41,776 nucleotides of DNA. It comes from Nitrospiraceae bacterium (GTDB taxonomy: Bacteria > Nitrospirota > Nitrospiria > Nitrospirales > Nitrospiraceae). Position numbers and translations under genes: made by a program. The first letter of the stretch is position 1. The number at the start of each line of letters is the position of its first letter. The notes under the pieces are model-generated. The model had not been told where the DNA came from. It ran no database searches and saw only the letters and a program-made list of their open reading frames with translations. Below are positions 20,730 through 28,991 of the stretch, piece after piece. The stretch is taken from assembly GCA_037442105.1 (NCBI GenBank), contig JBBIQV010000028.1:1-41776 (forward strand). The letters are read 5' to 3'.

Positions 20730-21298
20730 GCAAACGCCCCTCGAAGTCCCGGTCCCGCAAGGGCCGGCCCATCATCCTGCCGAATGCCTTTGCCAAGATC
20801 GTCCAGACGCAGGAACCCACCCTTGTCACAGGCGAGCAGAGCAAGCAAATTCAAGAATTGGTTGATCTGCTTAAGCGTAACAGTCTGACGGAGTTGGAAG
20901 TTGAGAAGGAAGGTTTGCGGGTCCGCCTTCGCTATGAGGTCGGACAACGGGTGGTGCCCACTCTGGCGGCAGACTCCTTATCAAGCACCCAGATCACCAC
21001 CGCTCAAGCGCAAGTCTCCGGCGGGGGAGCGCCCGAAGGTACAAGCGGGCTGGTCACTATTACATCGCCTATCGTCGGCACATTCTACCGTTCTCCTTCA
21101 CCGGACGCCGACCCTTACGTCGAAGAAGGGGATATGGTCAAGAGAGGACAAGTGCTGTGCATCGTCGAAGCCATGAAGCTCATGAACGAAATTGAATCAG
21201 AGGTGGACGGCAAAGTCGTGAAGATTCTTGCCGAAAGTACGAAACCGGTCGAGTACGGTCAGCCCCTCTTCCTGATCGATCCCAAAGCTGCATCGTAA
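20726..21298 (+). CDS. accB: Acetyl-CoA carboxylase biotin carboxyl carrier protein
   Basis: [13 protein letters not shown] and EAMKLMNEI biotinylation motif. Confidence 0.95.
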   Translation: MSKRPSKSRSRKGRPIILPNAFAKIVQTQEPTLVTGEQSKQIQELVDLLKRNSLTELEVEKEGLRVRLRYEVGQRVVPTLAADSLSSTQITTAQAQVSGGGAPEGTSGLVTITSPIVGTFYRSPSPDADPYVEEGDMVKRGQVLCIVEAMKLMNEIESEVDGKVVKILAESTKPVEYGQPLFLIDPKAAS

Positions 21299-21328
21299 GT
21301 CGCCCGCGCTCCATCCCGGGGTGATCTT

Positions 21329-22669
21329 GTGTTCAAGAAGATTCTAGTCGCCAACCGCGGAGAAATCGCTCTCCGCGTCATCAGAGCCTGCAAAGAACTC
21401 GGTATCAAGACCGTCGCCATCCACTCGGAAGCCGACGCGAACAGTTTGCATATCCGCGCAGCCGATGAACATGTCTGCGTCGGTCCGGCCGAGGCGTCGC
21501 TGAGCTATCGGAATATTCCCAACGTTCTGAGCGCCGCGGAAATCACCGGGGCGGACGCCATTCACCCCGGCTACGGCTTTCTGTCGGAGAATGCCCACTT
21601 CGCTGAAGTGTGCGAGTCTATCGGCGTCAAATTCATCGGCCCGACCTCCGAGAACATCGCCCTGATGGGGGACAAGTCCAAGGCGCGGGAAATCGTAGCC
21701 CGCAAAGGGTTGCCGGTGACACCCGGTAGTCCGGGGGAATTGCGCAGCGAGCAGGATGCCCTGGAAGCGGCAAAAACCATCGGCTTCCCGGTGATCATCA
21801 AGGCGTCGACCGGAGGCGGCGGGCGTGGGATGCGCGTCGTGAACAAAGCGGAAGATCTGGCGCGCGCGTTCCAAGCGGCTCAAGCAGAAGCGAAGTCGAC
21901 GTTCGGACACGAGGGAGTCTATCTCGAACGCTATTTCCTGGAGCCTCGCCATATCGAAGTGCAGGTGCTGGCTGATCACCGTGGACACGTCGTCTATCTC
22001 GGAGAGCGGGACTGCTCGATCCAGCGGCGGCATCAGAAGCTGGTTGAAGAGACGCCGTCCCCGGCGGTCGACGAGCGACTGCGGCGCGAAATCGGTCGAG
22101 TGGCCATTGAAGCGGTGCGGGCCGTCCATTATCGAAACGCCGGCACGGTCGAGTTTTTGCTCGACAAGGACCACAACTTCTTTTTCATGGAGGTGAACAC
22201 CCGCATTCAGGTCGAGCATCCGATCACCGAGATGGTAACGGGGATCGACCTCGTCAAAGAACAGATTCGCCTCGCCGCCGGCCAGCCGCTTTCCTTCAAG
22301 CAGCAGGACATCAAGATGAACGGGCACAGTTTCGAATGCCGCGTCAACGCCGAAGACCCGGAGAAGTTCACGCCTTGTCCGGGCGTGATCACCCGCTACA
22401 CGCCACCCGGAGGGTTCGGCGTCCGTGTGGATTCCGCTATGGAATCGCAGGCCACGGTCGTTCCGCATTATGACTCGATGATTGCCAAGTTGATCACGCA
22501 TGGCCGCGACCGGCAAGAAGCCATGGCCCGCATGCGCCGGGCGCTCGACGAATTCGTGATCGAAGGGATCAAGACAACGATCCCGCTGCACAAACGTATC
22601 TTCAGCGATCCCGACTTTCAGAAGGGCCACGTGTCCACGACCTTCCTCGAGCGGTTTCTTACCGGCTGA
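21329..22669 (+). CDS. accC: Biotin carboxylase
   Basis: [51 protein letters not shown]. Confidence 0.97.
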   Translation: MFKKILVANRGEIALRVIRACKELGIKTVAIHSEADANSLHIRAADEHVCVGPAEASLSYRNIPNVLSAAEITGADAIHPGYGFLSENAHFAEVCESIGVKFIGPTSENIALMGDKSKAREIVARKGLPVTPGSPGELRSEQDALEAAKTIGFPVIIKASTGGGGRGMRVVNKAEDLARAFQAAQAEAKSTFGHEGVYLERYFLEPRHIEVQVLADHRGHVVYLGERDCSIQRRHQKLVEETPSPAVDERLRREIGRVAIEAVRAVHYRNAGTVEFLLDKDHNFFFMEVNTRIQVEHPITEMVTGIDLVKEQIRLAAGQPLSFKQQDIKMNGHSFECRVNAEDPEKFTPCPGVITRYTPPGGFGVRVDSAMESQATVVPHYDSMIAKLITHGRDRQEAMARMRRALDEFVIEGIKTTIPLHKRIFSDPDFQKGHVSTTFLERFLTG

Positions 22670-22720
22670 CCAGCCCTTTCGCAGGTAGCGTCCTTCTCCG
22701 TTTCCCGCTAAAATTTGCCC

Positions 22721-23359
22721 ATGCCTGTATCGGTTGCTCATCCACAACTGAAAGGGCTGTATCTCATCCTGGATCCATCCGCCTGCCCAGCCTGTTCCTT
22801 GGTGGATATGCTGAAAGAGGCCGCGGAAGCAGGCGTTCGTCTATTCCAATACCGGGACAAACGTGCATCGATGCGCGACGCTTATCATCTGGCAACCGCA
22901 TTGCGGCGAGCGGCCTCGGATGCAAGCGCGCTGTTCATCGTGAACGACCGGTGCGATCTGGCTTTGGCGGTCGATGCGGATGGGGTCCACCTCGGCCAGA
23001 CGGACCTGCCGCTGGCGGAAGCGCGCAAGCTCCTCGGCGAGGACAAGATCATCGGCATCTCGACACACACCCCCGACCAAGTAAGGGAAGCAACTGCCGG
23101 CAAGCCGGACTATCTGGGGGTTGGCCCCATTTTCGCTACCGGCACCAAGAAGGACCATGAACCGGTCATAGGAGTGGAAGGGCTCTGGGCGGTCCGTTCC
23201 CTCACGACGCTTCCGCTCTTTGCGATCGGTGGGATAACACTCGATTCCGTCGAGCCAGTCATACAGGCCGGCGCCGACGGCGTGGCGGTTATTTCCGCCA
23301 TTCTCAGCGCCTCCGATAGGTCACGGGCCATCCACGATTTCATGGCGCGCTTGGCGTAA
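22721..23359 (+). CDS. thiE: Thiamine phosphate synthase
   Basis: QYRDK, IVNDRCDLALAVDADGVHLGQTD, GPIFATGTK, AIGGI. Confidence 0.95.
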   Translation: MPVSVAHPQLKGLYLILDPSACPACSLVDMLKEAAEAGVRLFQYRDKRASMRDAYHLATALRRAASDASALFIVNDRCDLALAVDADGVHLGQTDLPLAEARKLLGEDKIIGISTHTPDQVREATAGKPDYLGVGPIFATGTKKDHEPVIGVEGLWAVRSLTTLPLFAIGGITLDSVEPVIQAGADGVAVISAILSASDRSRAIHDFMARLA

Positions 23360-23401
23360 GCAACAGCGCACATCGCTTCACCCGTCCACGCGGAAAGCTA
23401 A

Positions 23402-23790
23402 CCCGCATTATTCATGAGCACTTCTGCTGCAATCGCGCATTCGCCTGCCTGTGCCGGGCACGGCAGACAGGCTGCTGCGACCTGCCTGCCGCGCTCCGCT
23501 TGGCGCAGGCAGGCAAGCCTGCGGCGGGCAGGCTCGCCGCTTGTCCCCTCGACGTACTGTTCGGGGACTGGCTCCGTCGTCATCGACGGTGCCTGTCCCA
23601 GTTCGGACGGGGACAGACACCACGCGAAGACGCGGGGAAGGGCGTCAGTCCCCAGGGCTCCGCGTGCCCAAGACACGGCCGGCTCACCGACTCGCCGGCG
23701 TCCGCAAGCGTGGCTCGACTTATTCGTCGAGCCGCGGACCTCGCGACGCGACTGCGCGATTTCGCGACGAACCGTCATGAATAATGCGGG
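23402..23790. mobile_element. MITE-like non-autonomous element with nested palindromes
   Basis: Perfect 16-bp TIRs CCCGCATTATTCATGA (23402-23417) and TCATGAATAATGCGGG (23775-23790), flanked by CTAA direct repeats (23398-23401, 23791-23794); no transposase inside. Confidence 0.85.
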
Positions 23791-23985
23791 CTAAGGCTAC
23801 ATTGCCTTTGCAACCGAAGCTACGTCGGTGGAGAGAGCTGAAGAGGCGGGGATTCACTCATGCGGGTTTGTAATGGAAGTATTCCTAGGTCCTATTCCCG
23901 GCAAGGTACTTGACGAACATCATGAATCGGACGAGAATGTGCCGCGCGCATGCGTGCTCGCCGGCTCGATGATGTTGCACTAGGC

Positions 23986-24048
23986 CTAATGGAAGACGGC
24001 GACGACATCCGCACAGTTCAGGAGCTGTTGGGCCCCACCGACGTGAGC
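23986..24048 (+). pseudogene. intI: Integron-integrase-like tyrosine recombinase remnant 1 (box II region)
   Basis: Translates LMEDGDDIRTVQELLGPTDVS, matching IntI LLEDGYDIRTVQELLGHxDVS; conserved His replaced by Pro; no surrounding ORF. Confidence 0.7.
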
Positions 24049-24211
24049 AGACAAGAATGGGGCAGGCTATTTTTCGGGGTTCTTGATCAACGTTAAGTGA
24101 CTTAACAGTAGCCTTTAATTTGTCTTCACGGCCAGGACATGTACGGAAGACTCGTGGCGGACATCTTCGTGAACGAGCAGACGAACGCCTTTCTGAAATG
24201 GGGGTCATCCG

Positions 24212-24667
24212 ATGCCTCTGAATCAGCCCAATGTCGTGCCCATTACTGAAAAGTATTATCGACTTCAAGAAGACTACTTGTATGAATGGAGGATTACACG
24301 GACGGACAAAAGGACAGGAGACAAAATTGACACACGCCAAAGACTCATCGTGCCGGAAGGTTTCGTCTATGACGGTGCCAGCGTACCCAGGTGGCTCTGG
24401 ACAGTAACAGGAATTACACCTGACGGCCTCATCAGAGCTGCTGCGTTACTCCATGATTTCATCTACCGTTACAAAGGATGGTTACCGAAGGGGAGCTACC
24501 AAATGTTCGACGAAAATACGCAGCAATGGAAGGACCTGTCAGCTCCCTGGCCCCGCAAGTCGGCCGACAGGCTGTTTGCCAGAGTGATGCGAGAGTCTGG
24601 GGTGAGCGCCTTTAGGAGAAGATTGGCCTACCGCGGCGTCCGTCTGTTTGGCTGGTTCACTTGGTAG
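24212..24667 (+). CDS. DUF1353 domain protein
   Basis: VPEGFVYDGASVPRWLW, AAALLHDFIY, ADRLF, YRGVRLFG motifs. Confidence 0.85.
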   Translation: MPLNQPNVVPITEKYYRLQEDYLYEWRITRTDKRTGDKIDTRQRLIVPEGFVYDGASVPRWLWTVTGITPDGLIRAAALLHDFIYRYKGWLPKGSYQMFDENTQQWKDLSAPWPRKSADRLFARVMRESGVSAFRRRLAYRGVRLFGWFTW

Positions 24668-24718
24668 AAACATGAGGGCTGTCCGGGTGAAGAAGAAAGG
24701 AGATCACTGCAACGATGA

Positions 24719-24820
24719 CAGCAATTCTTCGGAGATAAGGATTTCATTGCGACCGTGATCTGTAGCCATGTGCTCAACAGAGGTGGAAACGGTGTGGCGA
24801 GTCCGGCTGATCGGTTATGA
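24719..24820 (+). pseudogene. intI: Integron-integrase remnant 2 (C-terminus with stop)
   Basis: Translates QQFFGDKDFIATVICSHVLNRGGNGVASPADRL*, aligning without gaps to the IntI C-terminus QELLGHKDVxTTMIYTHVLNRGGxGVxSPxDxL; catalytic Tyr replaced by Cys. Confidence 0.8.
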
Positions 24821-25019
24821 TCCGTTCCTGGCGGACGCCGAATGTGGGTCATGCGACCGGGATATCCCGCGAGCCAATATCCGGATATCCCGCCAAGTCC
24901 GGCGGGGTATCCTGGCCAATCCGGCCTTGATAAAGGGCCTGAACTGGTTGATATTCACGACGTTTGCGGCGGGAACCGAGACGAGCTGGAGCGAGATACA
25001 CCGCGCAGCTATCCCAGAG

Positions 25020-25046
25020 GCTGAGCGGTTCACTTAATAGTTAGGC
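25020..25046 (+). other. Candidate attI site (core GTTAGGC at 25040-25046)
   Basis: GTTRRRY core 16 bp before the first cassette ORF, complementary to that cassette's GCCTAAC; no upstream attC hairpin seen; about 220 bp downstream of the intI remnant stop. Confidence 0.55.
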
Positions 25047-25062
25047 CACAAACGGAGCCTCT

Positions 25063-25713
25063 ATGCCACTTCAACGCCACAAACTTAAACCGCGCGATAC
25101 GCTATGGGTTTCCGTCGAAATCATTGTCGCTTTTTCCTGCGACTCGGCGCCGGAAGTCAAGAGCACCAAAATCCGAGGACTCAAACAGTTCGCCTTCATC
25201 ATCGGCCACGAATATGACATTGAGGTTCTGGTGGATGACTCTAGGCGACTCCCTTGCCAGCAATCTGGTTGCGGCAACGCTGTCCGGTACGATTATGTCG
25301 TAAAGGTTTTTGTCTCTGACACAGTTGGCTTAGGACTCGGTATTGGAAACTGGGGTACCGGCACGGGTGGCTGGTCCTTCCCGGCGACCGAGGAGAACCA
25401 AAAATTAGCGACGCCCTGCATTTGTTGCGACGACAGATTCGAGGAGTCGCGCGTGCTTCCAGAATCGAAACAGATCCAGCAACGCGGATCCGATTCGACG
25501 CCGCTCATCATCGGTTTCTCAATCCTCGCCTCCGCCATCGCACTATCCGTTGTCTACTTTGATCACCCAAGTAACCTCGGCAAAATCTTTCTCTCCGGTG
25601 TGTCCTTGAGCTTGTTTGCATCAGTTTTCGTGACGCTGCGAAGGATTGTTACATTTATCAAGCGAAGCAAACACGAGCGTAATGAGCCCTGGCGAATGGA
25701 GCCAATGGCCTAA
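25063..25713 (+). CDS. Integron cassette 1 ORF: Cys-containing hypothetical protein with two C-terminal TM helices
   Basis: GGAG RBS; stop codon TAA lies inside the GCCTAAC inverse core of attC1. Confidence 0.75.
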   Translation: MPLQRHKLKPRDTLWVSVEIIVAFSCDSAPEVKSTKIRGLKQFAFIIGHEYDIEVLVDDSRRLPCQQSGCGNAVRYDYVVKVFVSDTVGLGLGIGNWGTGTGGWSFPATEENQKLATPCICCDDRFEESRVLPESKQIQQRGSDSTPLIIGFSILASAIALSVVYFDHPSNLGKIFLSGVSLSLFASVFVTLRRIVTFIKRSKHERNEPWRMEPMA

Positions 25714-25812
25714 CGAGCGCATGCAGCCGACCGGAAACCGCCGGTCAGCCTTGGTTCTGAAATCAACGTCGGTTGCCGGGCGGTTTCCGGCGGCTGATGC
25801 TTAGCGTTAGGC
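25708..25812 (+). other. attC site 1 (105 bp)
   Basis: GCCTAAC (25708-25714) to GTTAGGC (25806-25812); arms CAT(G)CAGCCG(A)CCGGAAACCGCC and GGCGGTTTCCGGCGGCTGATG pair with two extrahelical bases, as in canonical attC. Confidence 0.92.
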
Positions 25813-25822
25813 GACACCACGC

Positions 25823-27100
25823 ATGCCTATGCCACTTGGCGACCAAGACAAGATTTCCTATTTAGCGAATGTACTGTTTGTGGCATTCGTCGATAAGAGC
25901 CTTTCACCCAGAGAGGCTGCTGCTTTGGAGGAAATTCGAAAGAGCATCGATGCGAAGAAGGGCCACCTCGGTTCCGCGCAGAAAGCCGTTGAGGGTGGCT
26001 CGTATACCTTTACGAGGGTGGGTTCCTTTGCCGACCAAGTCCGCAATCTTGAAGATATTCTCTTTGTGGCACTTACAGATTCAGACCTTGACGAGCGTGA
26101 GTTGCAGTTGGTTAGCCAGTTTTGCCAACTCGTAGGAATCTATCAGGACCAGTTAGATGCGATAATCGCCGACACGTCGCGTCGCTGCGACGCAGCGAAT
26201 CACACCATCACCTGTCCCGCTTGTTCAACGACTGCATCCGCCCAAGTGCGTTTCTGCCCGTCTTGTGGCAAGGCGCTAGCGAGCGTTGATGCAGCATCAA
26301 TACATATGGGCTTCGATATGCCGAAGCAAGGCTATGTTGTGGAATTTTGCGAATCCACCGCAGGCGGGTTTGCCACCGCCGTCGAACTTGCCAAAGCTAC
26401 GGGAACTATGCAAACGGCCCTCAAGAATAAGAAGACTTGGTATCTCGCCACCTTCCCCGCAAATAGATTTGCCGACATGGTTCCCCTGGCCTCTTCCTTG
26501 AGCGGCATGAGGAACCGCCGGATATATCTCAACGGACAAGAAGTCGTCTGGGATGAGGTGTTTGGTTTTTTGTGGTGCGCTTCAGTGCGCGCTAGGGCCT
26601 ACAGACCCATTGAGTATTGTTTCGGTAAGGACGAGAACCGGTTAAATCCTTGGGGATGCAAGCAGGCTCGCATGGAGTGGACAGAGTGGGGGCAGTGGTT
26701 CTCTTATGGCCGATGGCAGAAGGCAGGGTTGCTTCGCGGTGGCTATGTGTTTGTCTTCGACAAGCAGCGAATTCGCCACGAGCTCGCAACGGCCCTGTAT
26801 CGATACCGATTCTGCCCGCACATGCGAACAGAATTGGCTGAGGCCGTCTTGCGCCACTTTCCTGACAAAGTAGAGGTCACACCGAATGGAGACTGGAAAT
26901 ACAACCGTACTTACGAGGCACTCCCGGGAACTATCAAAGTCGTTGAACGAGAGGGGAGCGGGGAGTTCACCTTTACCAACGAGTATTACTCCGATGGCGT
27001 TCGGCCTCGAGGTTATACCGTTCTCGCTGATCTTCTCAGGAAGGCTTTTCACGATTGTGGATTCACGGACATTGGCGAAGCGGCGCTCTTCTCCAGCTAG
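25823..27100 (+). CDS. Integron cassette 2 ORF: TerB-like N-terminal domain, zinc ribbon, and unknown C-terminal domain
   Basis: VAFVDKSLSPREAAALEEI and VALTDSDLDERELQLV (TerB-like helical pairs), CPAC...FCPSCG ribbon; bounded by attC1 and attC2. Confidence 0.75.
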   Translation: MPMPLGDQDKISYLANVLFVAFVDKSLSPREAAALEEIRKSIDAKKGHLGSAQKAVEGGSYTFTRVGSFADQVRNLEDILFVALTDSDLDERELQLVSQFCQLVGIYQDQLDAIIADTSRRCDAANHTITCPACSTTASAQVRFCPSCGKALASVDAASIHMGFDMPKQGYVVEFCESTAGGFATAVELAKATGTMQTALKNKKTWYLATFPANRFADMVPLASSLSGMRNRRIYLNGQEVVWDEVFGFLWCASVRARAYRPIEYCFGKDENRLNPWGCKQARMEWTEWGQWFSYGRWQKAGLLRGGYVFVFDKQRIRHELATALYRYRFCPHMRTELAEAVLRHFPDKVEVTPNGDWKYNRTYEALPGTIKVVEREGSGEFTFTNEYYSDGVRPRGYTVLADLLRKAFHDCGFTDIGEAALFSS

Positions 27101-27101
27101 C

Positions 27102-27159
27102 GCCTAACAAGCCACTGGCGGCGACGCCGCCTGGCCGCGCCTCAGCTTGGGCGTTGAGC
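27102..27159 (+). other. attC site 2, with the IS inserted at its core GTT
   Basis: GCCTAAC (27102-27108); imperfect arms CTG(G)CGGCG(A)CG and CGCGCCTCAG; GTT at 27153-27155. The original GTTAGGC reappears at 28952-28958 after the IS. Confidence 0.8.
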
Positions 27160-28951
27160 CTGTAGAAAAAGTCCGCAAACCGCTATAATCGCCGCATCTG
27201 CGCTGGATCGACCATCACGATGACCGCTCAGGCGGCAACGCGAGGTGCGGATGGCACGAGACAAGGACTACTCCTACGACCAAGGCAAGTTCCTTCCCGT
27301 CTCCGTCGATCGCCACATCCTCCCCGGCACGTGTGAAGACACCCTCAACCACCTCATCGACCACGACGTTGACCTCTCGGCGTTCGATGACCTGTATCGC
27401 AACGATGACACCGGTGCCCCGGCCTACGATCCCCGCCTCCTGCTGAAGCTCGTCCTGTTCGCGTACGCGCGCGGGATCTTCACCAGCCGCCGCATCGAGC
27501 CGGCGTGCCGGGAGCACGTCGTGTGTATGGCGGTGTCGGCTGACCCCCAACCGCCCTGGACCACGATCGCGGACTTCATCAGGACCCGGCACGAGGCGAT
27601 CGCGGTGCTATTGCGGGACGTGTTGCTGGTGTGCGACACCTTGGGGCTGTTCGGCACGGAGCGCGTCGCCATCGACGGCTGCACGCTCTCCTCGAACGCC
27701 GCCAAGGAATGGAGCGGGACGCATGCGGACCTCCGGAAGAAACAACAGAAGCTCGAACAGGTGATCCGAGTGATGCTGCGCCGGCATCGCGACGAGGATG
27801 CGTGCGGCGCCGATGACGCGGTGCGGGACCGAGCACAGCAGTATCTCGCAACGGTCCGCCGCCAGGTCCGGAAGATCAAGCAGTTCCTGGCTCCCCAACC
27901 GGAGAACCTGGGTCCCAAGGGCACGGTGCGCCAGAGCAACAGCACGGACCCGCACAGCGCCAAGATGAAGACTGCCCACGGCGTGCTGCAGGGCGACACC
28001 GGGGTGGCGGCGGTGGATGCCAAACATCACGTGGTCGTGCACGCACAAGCCGTCGGGGAAGGGCAGGAACACGACCTGCTGAAACCCATGGTCAAAGCGG
28101 TGCGCGAGACGTTTCAAGGCATCCAGGGTGAGCCGGACATCTTTCGGCAGACCCGCCTCACTGCCGATGCCGGCTACCACACCGAAGCCAACATGCAGTA
28201 TGTGTTCGACGAGCACATCGACGCCTCCATGGCCGACAAGCAGCTCCGGCAACGCGATCCGCGCGGTGCCGGAGCTGACCGTTACAAGGTGCGCCACCGC
28301 AAGGAGCGCCGCCACCGCGCAGGCCGCCCCGCCTGGTTCACCCCGCAGGGCTTCACCTACGACCCACAGGCACGGACCTGCGTGTGCCCCGCCGGGAAGC
28401 CGCTCTACAAGAACGGCGCGAACATCACGATCCGCGGCCACGTCGGCGTCAACTTGACCGCCCCGAAATCGGCCTGTGGCCCCTGTGCGCTGCGCACGCA
28501 GTGTCTGAGACGACCGAACCAGACCCCCGTCCGGCAGGTGGTGTTCTTCACCGGCCGATCTCCGACCAAGCCGGAGACTTGTACCGACAAGATGAAACGC
28601 AAAATTGATTCGGTCCTAGGAAAGCTCCTCTACCGCCAGCGGCTCGCCACCGCCGAGCCACCGTTCGTGCACCTGCGGCATGCGAAAGGCTTGTATCGCT
28701 TCACGCGACGCGGAAGAACCAAGGTCAACGGCCAGTGGCAGCTGTACTGCCTGGTGCACAACCTCTTCAAGGTTCATCACTATGGGCCGGGGTTCACATG
28801 AATGAAGCGGCCGGGGCTGGTCACGCCAGGCAGAGCAGCGAGGACCACCGGAAAAGATGGCTGGGAGCGATGACCAACTCCGATCCCCCGCCCACCGTTG
28901 GGCCAGAGCACTCGCTTGTTCGACAGCGCGATGGGGTTTTTCTACAGGCTC
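27156..28951 (+). mobile_element. IS1182-family insertion sequence (1796 bp)
   Basis: Perfect 15-bp TIRs GAGCCTGTAGAAAAA (27156-27170) and TTTTTCTACAGGCTC (28937-28951); GTT on both flanks; single transposase ORF. Confidence 0.9.
27251..28801 (+). CDS. IS1182-family transposase, open but probably degenerate
   Basis: GAPAYDPRLLLKLVLFAY (DUF772-like), AIDG, TDPHSAKMKT, ADAGY, CPAGK, CGPCALRTQC, AEPPF motifs; many normally conserved residues appear substituted. Confidence 0.85.
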   Translation: MARDKDYSYDQGKFLPVSVDRHILPGTCEDTLNHLIDHDVDLSAFDDLYRNDDTGAPAYDPRLLLKLVLFAYARGIFTSRRIEPACREHVVCMAVSADPQPPWTTIADFIRTRHEAIAVLLRDVLLVCDTLGLFGTERVAIDGCTLSSNAAKEWSGTHADLRKKQQKLEQVIRVMLRRHRDEDACGADDAVRDRAQQYLATVRRQVRKIKQFLAPQPENLGPKGTVRQSNSTDPHSAKMKTAHGVLQGDTGVAAVDAKHHVVVHAQAVGEGQEHDLLKPMVKAVRETFQGIQGEPDIFRQTRLTADAGYHTEANMQYVFDEHIDASMADKQLRQRDPRGAGADRYKVRHRKERRHRAGRPAWFTPQGFTYDPQARTCVCPAGKPLYKNGANITIRGHVGVNLTAPKSACGPCALRTQCLRRPNQTPVRQVVFFTGRSPTKPETCTDKMKRKIDSVLGKLLYRQRLATAEPPFVHLRHAKGLYRFTRRGRTKVNGQWQLYCLVHNLFKVHHYGPGFT

Positions 28952-28991
28952 GTTAGGCCCTGAAGAGCAGGGGAAGCCGTCGGTGCCTTTC

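Noticed and set aside
21344..22747. 467-aa minus-strand ORF
   Set aside because: Antisense shadow of accC in GC-rich sequence; the same applies to long shadows over clpC, putA and the transposase.
23420..23770. CRISPR array or tRNA in the palindrome-rich stretch
   Set aside because: No regularly spaced identical repeats, no cloverleaf, and no cas genes in the window.
23398..23794. ORFs on both strands ending MNNAG*
   Set aside because: Both ends are just the translated TIR of the MITE-like element; no coding evidence.
28860..28958. Possibility that the IS carries its own attC and is a true cassette
   Set aside because: No RYYYAAC inverse core or paired arms found before the GTTAGGC at 28952.
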